Positions 24,768 through 36,715 of a stretch of DNA of 64,000 nucleotides are shown piece by piece. The stretch's first letter is position 1. Each line of letters begins with the position of its first letter. Source of the stretch: Rhodosorus marinus CCMP1338 (Eukaryota > Plantae > Rhodophyta); contig JAMWBK010000013.1 of NCBI GenBank assembly GCA_029953675.1, positions 248,001 to 312,000 of the forward strand. The letters are read 5' to 3'. The notes under the pieces were generated by a model. It was not told the origin of the DNA and made no database searches. It saw only the letters and a list, made by a program, of their open reading frames with translations. A program made the translations under genes and the position numbers.

Positions 24768-25931
24768 GATGCTCAACTACCGGCTCCAGTCAGTTTTCCC
24801 CTTGTTGTCAACAGTCATTATGGTAAAAAAGCACTCGCAAAAATACGCCTCATCGCTTCCCGATACGATCCGAGAGCTGTGATTCAGCCAGAATTTCGTT
24901 TGACATTGGCCTTCCACTCGACTCCGACCAAGGATCCAGCACTCCGGCTAACTAAAGAAGCCACTCACCTCCGGCAACCCTTATCGATCGCGGGAAGGAT
25001 GTGCAACCAACCATGAACAGAATTTGCACGTCCGTCCTGAAGGTATTCTAAAAGAGTTTAAAGAGGCCCACATGTCATCAGGTGCTGTATCATGCTCGTT
25101 GGTAGCCCACCTTTACCCTCGGTTGAGCCAACCCTTCGCCAGAATGCGCCTCTTCGAACTAAGGTCGGAAATAGTTCTCTTGATGCTATTGTTTTTCATA
25201 AAACAAAGAGAAAGCTCCCATCAGAAATGGAAGGAGAAATTTTCACAAATACAAATAAAAAGGTGATAAATTTTCGAATTTTTCAGAGTCTTCTGAGAGG
25301 AGAGAAATTAAGGATACTCCTGGGTGCTAGCTTACGGCTCCGATAGAGGACAGCTGTATCTTTTTATCTAATAAAATTAAATTTACGAATATTTTCTTGT
25401 GGAAGTTATGGAATGTTGGTTAGCGTACTATTATTGTTTATTAAAAATAATAACGTCATAGACATCGAACGTATCCTAAATTATGATATTAATTTTTTGG
25501 CGATCACCCTATCGGGCGAACAGTGCTGTTTTATTGAAATTCCCTCCTGGCCGAATGCTCTCAGCCGATGATTCTATCAGGCTGGAGAGTGTCCACCTCC
25601 ACGTCTAAATAGTTATCTATTAGTAGAAATAAAGTAACGATCTATTGAGGAACCTGTGGAGTTTGGGAAAACATTGGCCAACGAATTTTGGTTTTTGGCC
25701 CAGCAGGGTTTTTGGGGGAGCCGCTCAGCCAATGTTGCAAGACTCTAAAATTGCCTTTTTTGCGCTTTTTTAGATTTTGTTCGTTTTTCATCCTTATTTG
25801 GTTGTGCGGGAACATTTGCCAAGCTGAAGGTCGTGGAGTTTGTCCAAGTAAAACTGGTCAAGAAGAAGGAACAGCTTCGGCAAAGGTTTTGGTTCGGGTT
25901 TTCGGAGTTCGTGGATGAGGTTTTTGAAGGG

Positions 25932-25940
25932 TATATAAAG
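25932..25940 (+). promoter_or_regulatory. Putative TATA box upstream of FAD oxidase
   Basis: tatataaag about 130 bp before the ATG at 26069. Confidence 0.3.
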
Positions 25941-26068
25941 GGATGGGCTCAGAGGTGAGCTTGGGGAGGGAGGGTTAGGAGAGATAGAGAATGAACAGGT
26001 TCAAGATCTTGAGTGAGGAGTACGAAGCTTGTTGCAGTTTTTTTTGGAGGGGTTACTAGGTTTTGGAG

Positions 26069-27502
26069 ATGTTGGACGAGTTTGTTGGTGAGGATATCCA
26101 GGAGCTGAAGCGACTGGTGAGGGGTGAATTGATATTCAGGTCAGATGGAAAGGCATATTCTGAGGCTGTGAAGTGCTTTAATCATGACTCGAAGTGGTCT
26201 CCACGGTTGATCGTGCAGGTGCGGGGTGCGCACGATGTGCAGCTCGTGCTCAAGTTCGCCAGAGCCCGTGGCTTGTCGGTCTCTGTTTCTGGTGGGCGGC
26301 ATATGTTTAACAACGCATCTATGCAGGGGGATATCGTCATCGATATGAGATTGATGAGATCAATTAACATTGATGATGAGGAAAGAACTGCCTGGGTGGA
26401 CTCTGGTTGCATTGTATTCGACGTTGATCAGGAAGCCATTGCTCACAATTTGGCCGCTGTCACTGGGCAATACTATGATACTGGAATCGCGGGCTTCACT
26501 CTCGGGGGGGGTCTTGGTTTCTTGTCGCCACGGTACGGGCTGAGCGTGGACAACCTCCTGGCTGTCGAGGTTGTTACTCCTCAGGGCGAACTATTGTACA
26601 TTGATGATGAAACCGACCCAGAGAAGATGTGGGTTGCCCGCGGAGCTGGCTGGAATCTCGGTGTTGTGCTTCGTCTGAAGCTTCGAATGTATCCAATGGA
26701 GACCTTCCAGCACCAAGGCAAGACAGTCCACGGCTATGGAGGATTTGTGATGTGGCCACTTACTGCGGAGACCGTTGATCCCATTGCCAAGATTCTGCAG
26801 AAACTGTTCAGTCTAGTTGAGTCCGGTAAGGTTCCGTTGGAGACTCAGCCGCTCATGGCTTTCGCCAATCCGCCGCCAGGTGGCGCCCCCGTGCTCATGC
26901 TGCAGAACATTTGGGTTGGAAACCCGGCTGGCGGTGAAGCCTTTGCAAAGATTTTCACAGATATTCTAGAGCCGGCGGTTAACACCTGTGCGCCCCTTGA
27001 TTGGCTTGCGATCCAGGATGTCCACACGGCCATGTTTGTCAGGGAAAATCGATACTACTTGTCCACCCGCTCCGTTAATGAGCAGGCCCTATTCGGCGCT
27101 GACGCTCTCCGGACGCTTACGATGCAAATACTTGAGAACAAACCCAAGGAAGGATTTCTTGTAATGATTGCTGGAGGAAAAGGAATCACAGACGTTCCGG
27201 TCGAGAACACTGCTTGCACGACTCTGCGGGAAAGTAAAGTCGTCTGCATGGTCGGCTGCCATGTCGAGGACGATGACGAAAATATTCCAGCATACGAGAA
27301 AGCAAAAGCATGGGTTAGGGGCACGCTAATGGGAGGCCTTGGACCAATCTGCAGGCAGTCTGTCTACACAAATCTGGACAACGTTGGCACCGACGAAGTC
27401 GTAAAGCAATCAGCCTACGCGGAGACTGCGAGAGAAAGAATCGCCGCGGTGAAAAAGGCCATGGATCCCGACAATATCTTTAGATTCACAAAGACGAGAT
27501 AA
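26069..27502 (+). CDS. FAD-linked oxidase, berberine-bridge / 6-hydroxy-D-nicotine oxidase family
   Basis: Uninterrupted ~477-aa ORF: P..IVQVRGAHDVQLVLKFA, SVSGGRH, DTGIAGFTLGGGLGFLSPRYGLSVDNL, YTNL, RIAAVKKAMDPDNIFR. Confidence 0.93.
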   Translation: MLDEFVGEDIQELKRLVRGELIFRSDGKAYSEAVKCFNHDSKWSPRLIVQVRGAHDVQLVLKFARARGLSVSVSGGRHMFNNASMQGDIVIDMRLMRSINIDDEERTAWVDSGCIVFDVDQEAIAHNLAAVTGQYYDTGIAGFTLGGGLGFLSPRYGLSVDNLLAVEVVTPQGELLYIDDETDPEKMWVARGAGWNLGVVLRLKLRMYPMETFQHQGKTVHGYGGFVMWPLTAETVDPIAKILQKLFSLVESGKVPLETQPLMAFANPPPGGAPVLMLQNIWVGNPAGGEAFAKIFTDILEPAVNTCAPLDWLAIQDVHTAMFVRENRYYLSTRSVNEQALFGADALRTLTMQILENKPKEGFLVMIAGGKGITDVPVENTACTTLRESKVVCMVGCHVEDDDENIPAYEKAKAWVRGTLMGGLGPICRQSVYTNLDNVGTDEVVKQSAYAETARERIAAVKKAMDPDNIFRFTKTR

Positions 27503-28500
27503 GAGACGACATCAGGGGAAGGCGTTTTCCTTCGGTTTCAGAGCTAATCCCCGAATATCCTAACAGAAACAGAGCCGTTCGCAGATTCTGGCCTATAGCT
27601 TCTGCACGAGCTGAGAAGAGAAAAGCCTGAAAACATGCATACGTCATGTAGCAAAGGACAGGATACATAAAAACCACCCTGTTTAGCTTGAACTGTTTGC
27701 TTCACCAAGACAGGGTTGGTAACCCGTTGACAAGCTTTCTGATCCCAAGCACAGGGTCCCAGAGCTGTTCGCTCGCTGTAGTTGACCAACACTCACAAGT
27801 CAAACGCACATCAGCGCGTAGCGAGATCTGAGGGCGACCAGCTACGCTCTCTTGTCTGAGAATTTTTACAACTATCATCAAGCCCTTTTGACTCAGACCC
27901 TCTATCCTCAATCAAGTTTAGCAAAGTAGCTCCACTCGGACCATCATGCACAGTAAGTAGTCAAGCGTATTTCTGAGATCTCATCCGTGACTTTCAACAC
28001 TGCTCGGTTCGCGAAACTAGTTCATTTCGGAAGGATCGAACCTTCAGGTTATTACTCTAGCAAGGTTCTTGTCAGCGATTCTCAAACGAGCGTTTGCATT
28101 CATTTCACAGCGCATTCACCGACTGTCATGCTTCGCCGAGAAACGTGGTTCAGGAATATAAAAACTCGAGGGTGTTGCGAGGACTCGTCGGAGGTTCTGC
28201 TATGCTGAAGTGGAAGGATCGCTTTCTTCCTTGAGGATGAACTTCACGCGAAAGGGAAAAGTCTTAATTCATTGAATGCGACGTTACGGCACTCCATCTA
28301 GGTTGTTGGGATTCTTCGGAGGCCGATCTTAGCTTTCCAGACTGACTGTTGTGGGAAATTGTCCTGGTGGGTTCACACAGTATCTCATTCGATGTGGTTT
28401 GTTGTGTTGGAAGCGGTCGTTGATAGGTTTGTCTAGTTGATGGTTCTGATACAGTACCGTCCTGTAATTTTCGCTTCTCCGGGTTGAGGTAATTTGGTTC

Positions 28501-29045
28501 ATGATGGAAGCGCAAAGAAAGAGGAGAAATAGTTCAATTTCCGAGCAGTCCTCTGGAAGAAACAAAAGGTTGAAATGGAGAACTGGAGATATGCTGCGAT
28601 CAGAGTATTACTTGCGTGTACCTTCAGGTGACCCCTGGGTTGTAGGCGATGTTTTGACGATCATAAGGGAGCACTGGGCCGGACAAAGGGAGGATTTTAT
28701 TATTGGAGTGAACCGTGTGACCCGAGCATTGGAGCGCAGTTCTGTGAATCTAGTTATATTGTGTCGGCTGGTGGAGCCAATACATCTAATCGAGCACTTA
28801 CCGTCATTGTGTATTGAGAGCAAGGTCGGCCTCTTCCAACAAAAGGTGTCAAGCGTCTCTGAATTCCACATCTGACAGCATGAACGATTCAATTCTTCCA
28901 GGCTCATCTCGTGGTCTTAGCGTCCAACGGCCACGACCTCGCGTCTATATTTAAGCAGAAGCGAACCACGTCCATCGCATTGAAGTCGTACCCAAAAGAC
29001 CTTCTCCAGTACCAGTCGACATTGGGCCAACGGGTACGATCTTGA
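28501..29045 (+). CDS. L7Ae/L30e-family RNA-binding protein (Rpp38/Pop3-like)
   Basis: FIIGVNRVTRALER..LVILCRLVEPIHLIEHLPSLC; intron ~28823-28901; exon 2 ..LASIFKQKRTTSIALK. Confidence 0.75.
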
Positions 29046-30344
29046 AGACGAGCACATTCTGAAAATGCCCAAACTTGGACCTAGAAACATCGATTTCCGG
29101 GATAACGTACAATGGAACCTTGAATTGTAGAGGACTATCACATTCGTCAAAGCAGGTGGCAGCCCAAAGCAAGTACCAGTGTACCTCTCACAAGCTCAAC
29201 TGTGACAAGTGGTGTTCTTTCCATCCCTCACGTCTCGACGAATGGGCCAATTCACGCAGCGACAATGAAGTTATTCATTCTCCAGCAGGCTGCGCAAGCG
29301 GAATAGAGGCTACTTTCTGGAATTCACGGCTTTTGTACATCAATCGAAGCCAATGATTTCAAACTAGCAGGCTTGTATGGCACGAAGCTAGGGTTTCGGC
29401 ACGGGTGCTATGCTTACAAACAAGTACTTCCAGTGAAACTGCGCTGTTAAAGCTTGATGGTCGGACAGTGGCAGACAGTGCATGCTCAAGCGGCCGGCCA
29501 AGCTTTAGCACCTACGTGAACTACGCCTTTCAAAGATCGGTTTTGGCTGCATGAGCGGGCTCCAATGGCCCGAATGAGCGCTCAATAATATGCATTATTT
29601 TATATACTTTATCCAATTAACAATCCCAACGTACGGAATTTCTCATATATTAGTAAAATACAACACTTGGTTGTACCAGTAATACGAGATATTCCCCGTC
29701 GTACCATGCTTTTACCCAATGATCACGTACGTATATGATATTTCTTTAATTATAAGCATAATTCTTTATCTGCATCGGAAGCGATCAATCACTCATCTGC
29801 AAATAAACCAATCATTGAAGATTAATCGAAAGACGTTGTTTAAAGTTACTAAATAAATGATAGCGCTGCATTGAAATAAAGAAATAAAATATATTGTTTG
29901 ACAGAATATCTCCTAAAAGATATTAAATTCATTTTACGTTATCCAATCATTTGTTTGTGTGGAAAATCCGTTAGATGTAAGTAGTTCAGTGCATCCATTC
30001 ATATGTTGATGAGAAGTGGAAAGGTTTTGCTGGCATCGTTTTTTCTTCTACTTTGGAGATTTGATATCGCAGAATATGCTCATCGTTCGAACAATAGAAG
30101 GAAACGTAAACCTCAGCGTTGTCGCCATGCTTTACCTGTGAAATTTAAAATTCTTCTGCCTCTCCGTAGGTTTGTGGTGTGTTTGTTGAGACGCCGGTGG
30201 TCAGGTATTGTTGTCGCTGTCTTGGAGATGATGTCTGGTGGGGTCATCATGTCGAAGAAGAGTAAGGGCATAGGGTTTGGAAGAGTATTGATGATGAGTT
30301 AGGGAAATATCTACTCTGGTTGGGTTTTGAGTCGATTGGAAGGA

Positions 30345-32172
30345 ATGGGAGGTGTTGGATTTGTGACAGGTTTTGGGGAGGGAGTGGTCCGGAAACGGGC
30401 TGTTGTCTGTGCCAAGGACGGTGCGAATCCTCGAATGCGGGTGCGGGGCAGTTCAAATGTGGGGGGGAGGAGGGTACGGGATAGGGAGGCGGAAGAGTTT
30501 GCTGGTGCTGATGACGAGCAGAGTCGGCTCTACAGACGTGAGGCGAAGGAGAAGTTGCCGGCAGAACGGGATGCGACCAGTAAACTTATTGGCGCAATCG
30601 CGTTGGTAGCAGGAACTACTGTTGGAGCCGGTGTCCTAGCGCTCCCAGCGGTGACCAGAGAAGGGGGCTTCCTTCCCTCCACAGCACTTCTGCTCGGTGC
30701 ATGGCTGTACATGTCGACCACTGGAAACCTCATCGCGGAAGCAACTGCGGCAACAACCGCAAACACAGGGCGCAAAGAAGTCAGCTTGCTCTCTATCATA
30801 GAACTTAGCCTCGGAAAGGTAATTCCCTTATCTAAAACTTCACCTCGCTCCCGAAGCTGTGCTCAAGTACTCAAGGCGTTATTCAACGCATCAATCCTTC
30901 TGAGCAGGTCGGCGCCTTCTCGTCTGGCGCTGCCTACGTTGGCATCCACTACGCGCTTCTTGTAGCCTACATATCCCAGGGCGGAAGGATCTTAGGAGAA
31001 TGGACGGACTCGATTGTCGGTGGGGTACCAACATGGAGCCTGTCCCTCCTGTTTGCCTCGGCAGTTGGATCGTTGATGTACTTTGCCAGTGATGAATCGG
31101 TGGAGAAGGTAAACAACGCCCTCGTCGCCGGACTCGTCACCCTGTTTGGAGGTCTCCTGGTAACTGTACTCCCACAAGCAGTTCCCGAGAATCTGCTGCA
31201 TCAGGACATTCCCCAGGCGATCTCAGCGATTCCCGTCTTGGTCCTGTCGTTGGTGTTCCACAATATCGTGCCGTCGGTGGTTTCCCAATTAGACGGTAAG
31301 GAATAGCTCGCTTTCAAAAGATTCTCCCGAGGTGGTTGCGATCGCTCAGCTTCTCTCTCGTTGATGGCGTGGAATGATTAGGGGATCTGAAGAAAACAAA
31401 AACTGCAATTAACGTTGGATCGGCCATCCCTCTTACAATGTTCCTGCTTTGGAATGCTGCGATTCTCGGGACTACCGACGCAAGCGTCGCTGCCTATGAT
31501 CCGGTTGAGGTACGCCTCCCTAAACGTTCATGTTTTTCTGTCTTTTTCTGCCGAGCTGAACGTCCTGCCCAAACATTCACGCTCACCACACCCCCCCTTA
31601 ACTGCCAAAAACAGGCTCTCCGATCTGGCGGAGGCGCTATATCTCTTGTCGTCTCATCCTTCAGCTTGGTAGCAATCACAACCTCCATGTTCGGGTTTGT
31701 GTATGGATTATCGGACTTTCTCAAGGACCTGAAGCAGCGGCTGGGGAGCTCCGGGAGCCGCTCCGAAGGTGACGGACTCAAAAAAAACAACAACGAATCT
31801 CTTTTAGCTTCTTATCTCGCTGACCAATCGTTCGTCTTCCCCGTTCCCCAATGTTTAGAGCTGCCCTCCCCAGGCAAGCAAGTCCAACCGTTTCTCGCTA
31901 CGCTAGTTCCTCCAACCGCCTTAGCGCTTCTTGCGCCCGACATATTCTTCGAAGCTCTTGACTCAGCCGGCGCTTACGGAATCAGTGTTCTGTTCGGAAT
32001 CATCCCAGCCGCTATGGTGTGGAGGTTTCGATACTCGAAGGAACGAAAGTTCTCTAATCCGGTCAGGCCGCAAGTACCTGGTGGAAAGTCTGTGCTCGCG
32101 GCCACAGGGGGGTCCGCAGCGGTGTTAATTTTGTCCGAAATGTACCAAACCCTAAGTCCAATGTTGGGATGA
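30345..32172 (+). CDS. tyrP: Tyrosine/tryptophan permease (TyrP/Mtr family), plastid-type N-terminus
   Basis: IGAIALVAGTTVGAGVLALP..GGFLPS; LSLVFHNIVPSV; AITTSMFG; DIFFEALDSAGAYGISVLFGIIPAAM. Confidence 0.92.
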
Positions 32173-32628
32173 CTACGCCCGCAATAGAAGCCCTGTTCTT
32201 GGTCCCACCTGGAACTCGTGCGCTCTAGTCCCTTGTTCAACTATGTTAATTCTTGAGAACTTCAAAATAACAAAACTGCTAACTGAATTGTGAGCTACTA
32301 AAAACCAGATATTGAAAACCACCAGTGTGCGCTCAGGATGTCTTCGCAGAGCCGCTGAGGGACTCTTCCTGTTTGCGCATCACCGGTTATGCATCACCTC
32401 GTGACGATCCCGGGTGATGATCTACCGAAGCCCTCACCTCTACAATCAATCTTCCTCCTTTGCAAAGAGTTATCGTTTATTAAGTTATTCCCGTGCTGGC
32501 GAGAAGTCAGGTACGACAATTAGTTCCCTTCCGGTCTCAAGGCTGCTCGGCCTCTCTCTTCCACGATTCACCGCGTCAAAGCGGACGTATTATTACCAAT
32601 CGTTATAGGCATTTTGAAATTTAGCTTC

Positions 32629-35600
32629 TCAGCGGAACCTTCTCGCAAACTCCTCCACTATCGCTGCGATCCGGGAGTTTGTCAGCGCTGATTCTAGTTT
32701 TCCGCTTCAAAAGCGGAAAACTAGAGAATAGTAGTCCAGTATCACACGATGAAGTGAACTTCCACGTCTGCTCGAATTCCTCTCGCCGCCAGAGCGAAAC
32801 TGCTTCCTGATCGCGCTATGATGACCGAAGTCGCCGCGAGGGCACCAACATCCACGGCTGTAGCGATCGCACACTCTTTGCTGGACGGAGTAGAACAGTC
32901 GGTGTATGTAGCCCCTACTAACGGATTTTCCAATCCCTGTCATAGAAAGAAGAAGAAACCAGCAGTTGTCAAACACGGAGAACTCAAAGAGCTCGGATAC
33001 GGCGAGGACTTACCGAAACGACCTTCTTGTCCCCAGTCACAATGAAAACCCGGGCTTGCGAGTTTCCCGTTTCTTCGCGGATCGCTTTCATTAATATTTG
33101 CAAGTCGTCTGAAGTTTGGGCTACGACCCCGATCATACCAACCGTTCCAAGATCACCGGCCCGAACCTGGACGTTCGCAGCCAACGGCACAGTGGTCATC
33201 TCTGCGCCGCATGAATAGACACCAATGTTAGCTTCCCGTAAGAAAAGAAGAAGGCAGGGTCATCCTTTAGCTCACCTGCAGGCCGAAACGAAAATCTCTT
33301 TGCCTTCACATATACGTTCAGGTTACTGTCAAGCTTTGCAAGCAATTTCTGGTCCTGCCCCGCAGTAGTGTCAACACCGCCGAAATTCCCGAAAGCGGGG
33401 TCCCATTCAGTGGCAGTTTCGAAATTTTCAAACGCAGTCCGCATCCTATTCATGGCGAAAAACGCAGGCAATAATATCAGCAAGAATTGAGAGAGAGAAC
33501 AAACAAAGAAAACAGTCAGCTAGCTCATCCTACTGTTTAGCAACTCCTGTAAACTTGTCGAACACATCTGTGAAAGCCACTGGGAAAGCCTCTTCATCCC
33601 AAACGACGAGAAGAGCCCTCTTATGCGCCTTCGCTAGCGCATTAGCTGAGAATCGAATCGCACGGAAAGAGCATTCTGTTATTTTCACCGTGAACTTGAT
33701 CGTTTGCACGCGCAAGGCCACCTCAACACACTTACCGTATATGACCGACACAATTCTCTGAAGGATGTCACCGGCACAGTCTATAACAATCATCTTTGCT
33801 GCCACAGTATCTGACACTCCAGTCGAACCAGACAATGCAAGAAAGTCGCCGAGGAGAAGGTCCTTGTCCTCGTATTCCAAGTCACCCAATAAATCCCATG
33901 GGATGCCATACTCATCATGAAGCCTGCGCCCAATGGCTAGGTCCTTAACCTCCAAAACTTGATCTTCATTAGAACGAGCCTTCAATGGATACAAACATGA
34001 ATTAGCTACGTGTGGGCAAAGTCATCATCTCGGAGGTGGTCTGGATCCAGGTCATACCTGTAAAGACTTTGGCACTCTTTCGGCTTTCAAAACAATCCTG
34101 CCCGGCCATGTGTTTGCAACAGTGTATCTGCTGCAGTCCGTTCCTACAGTCTTAGACCACAACTCCATCCTATCAAGTAGGAGGGAATTGACGTCGACCT
34201 CGACCTATTCAACAGAGAAAGACGGCGTGGACAATCTTAGGACCAGTCGCAAATACCGCGTACGAGTATCCTTGACGAAGGTTCATGTACCTGGGGAAAC
34301 TTGACTCCTTTTTGGCCTCTCGCTTCGTTTCCGTGAGGATAGTGCAGAACGAGATCGTAGTTGACCACTTGTCGTTTGATGCCCCGATTATCCAGTCGCT
34401 TGTACAGGTCCTCATCGTCCCAGCCGTATGTCTGTATGCGCTCATCATAACCTTGAGGTTTTCGTTTACCATAGATTCTCATTTCAGTTTTGAAAAATGA
34501 TCAAGTTTTTGGAGTCCCGTAGTTGCACTATCGTGCGTTCTCTTACCGAAAATTCCCCAAAAGTCCTCGCTTCTTATGTAGAGGACTCCATTCAGATGCA
34601 CTTCGTTCTCATTGCTAGCCTTGCTGTAATCTCCGGAGTAGAAGATCTTGTCCTGCTTCCGCAATGGGTGCTTTGATACGAAATTTGGTGAAAGTGCGTA
34701 GTCACAGTCCAGTTTGAGCAGTTTATCCCTATTGAGGAAATCCGACAGTTTCGGGTTAGTTGAGGATGGACTCTCACTTTCTATCTCTAGAGAGAAGGGC
34801 AGAGTCATCAAGGGACTGGGGTAGAGTAGCTTAAACGTACTTCGTGGCCATGCTCATTCCGACGTTAAACGCCCGGGTTAGAACCCAGTCATCCTCGTCT
34901 TCGACGCGAGCCAACACGAGACGCGGATCGCTGTATTTCCTCACCACTTGCTCCAGTGGAGGATCGGAATTCCAATCAACGATAATGACCTCGTCCACAT
35001 TTTCAGCCCCGAGCCAGTACTTTATAACCTCCTGGAGAGTCGAGTGCCTGTTCATGCACACGACCACTAAAGAAACCCCGGCTGTACCATGGCAGGGACG
35101 TTTTCCGAGCCAGAATTCAGAACAAAAAGTCGCACAAGGACTAGGAGTCTATGTAGATCTAGGAGCAGCTTACGTGCTGGTGGCGATACACCCTGGTGTC
35201 CAACCGTAACTGTTTTGCCCGTCTCTGAAATAACTCTGCCAGTTCCCAAAGAAAACGGATTTCTGAACGCATTGGATGTCAGACTAGAAAGTAGAGTGAA
35301 AAGTAACGGGAGCGTCAGAATGATAGAATCGATGTATTTGAGATGATATCGCAGGCTCGACCACCAAGAGTGGAAGTGTATGTAAAGTAGACACGTACGA
35401 AATTACAAGAAAACAGGCCAGCAAAATCGCGCCGAAAACGATCGCGGGTAAATGCTTCGATCGCGGAATGTTGAACGTCGGTTTCACAATTGGCGCTGAC
35501 GCGCGTGATATTGGAATCATCCCATCTGACAGAGTCGCTCCGTTTGTTTGCTGAGCGAGAGGACTTCCAAGACGCTGCGACGGACTCGATGTCCGACTTC

Positions 35601-35676
35601 CCGGATTGCTGAAAGCATAACCCTGAGAAGAAAATGAAGGAGGCTCGTTCAAACTCTGAGTAGGGGTCCAGACCAT
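32629..35676 (-). CDS. Type II membrane glycosyltransferase: GT2/GT7-like GT-A domain plus C-terminal fucosyltransferase-like domain
   Basis: TM segment LPAIVFGAILLACFLVISYV; VVCMNR..DEVIIVDWNS; LTRAFNVG; LKLDCD (DxD); GYDERIQTYGWDDEDLYKRL; later NALAKAHKRALLVVWDEEAFPVAFTDVFD. Confidence 0.75.
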
Positions 35677-36715
35677 TCTTTCCTATCGACCGCCTCCTCC
35701 CCCTAAAACAAGACCAGCTCCCAACCCCCCACTTCACTCAACCAGCACCCAAACCTCAGCTCCCATTCAACAGACAAACCAAGCAAAACAATCAAACCAA
35801 GCCCACACGTCCCCCTCCTCCTCCGTCCACCGATCCGCCACTCGAGCAAAACAAACCTCCCAAACCCAAGCAAGCTTTCAGACCTTAAAAATCGACGATC
35901 CAAGTCCGGAAACCAAACTACACGTATCCGCTATAATATAAAATACAATCCTAAAACATTTTCATCTGCCTTTCTTCTCTCTAAAAACTACTCAATACCC
36001 CCCACCCCACCCCCACACCCCTTCCTCCTTCCCTCCTTCCCAACCCCAACTCAACCCTCACCTCCCTCCTCCCCCCAAACCCAAAACCCTCCCCACATCC
36101 CAAACTAAAACGAAAAAAAAGAGAAAAAAGCCCACTTTGTCCAAACAACTGACACAATTTACACAACTCATATCAATCATAAAGAAAAACACAACAAATT
36201 ACCCCATCGGAGCTCCCTGGCTGCTGTTACCAATGGACACAAAAAAAATTCGAAAAATTTGCCTGGCCCCATCCCCCCCCTTTCCCCCTCTCGACCCTTC
36301 GCGAGACATTGGGAACATGTGGCCAAAACGGATAATCCGTTCAAGAAAAAAAAATCAAATTTTGATACACATCGAAATAGAGGGAAAAAAAAATACCTAA
36401 AACTCGCGTCTTGAGTTATTCACGAGGGGGTAAGAACTAAAAATTGTGTGCTGAAGTGTCTAAACTTCTCATATAAGAATAAATTTAATGGCATTTTCAT
36501 CTAGACATGAAACTAGAATGTGAGAAGGCGATAGGGGTGGATTGTGCTTCGCGGAAAATGGGACGCGTGTTGATGATTGATTGGATTGGTTTCTTAATAT
36601 AGGGTGGTTTTGTAAATAAATAGGACCTGCGCCTTATTTAGTGTAAAATTTCTGGTCATATTGATCTAAATTAAACTTGTATTGTCTTTGATTTAGAAGT
36701 TCCCCAATTTTTAAA

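Noticed and set aside
24770-25700. Short ORFs after the BRCT gene
   Set aside because: No recognisable domain or consistent exon chain.
27500-28515. Possible minus-strand multi-exon gene
   Set aside because: Fragments look coding-like but could not be joined or identified; unresolved rather than disproved.
28951-29560. Short ORFs on both strands after the L7Ae gene
   Set aside because: No motif; partly antisense to L7Ae exon 2.
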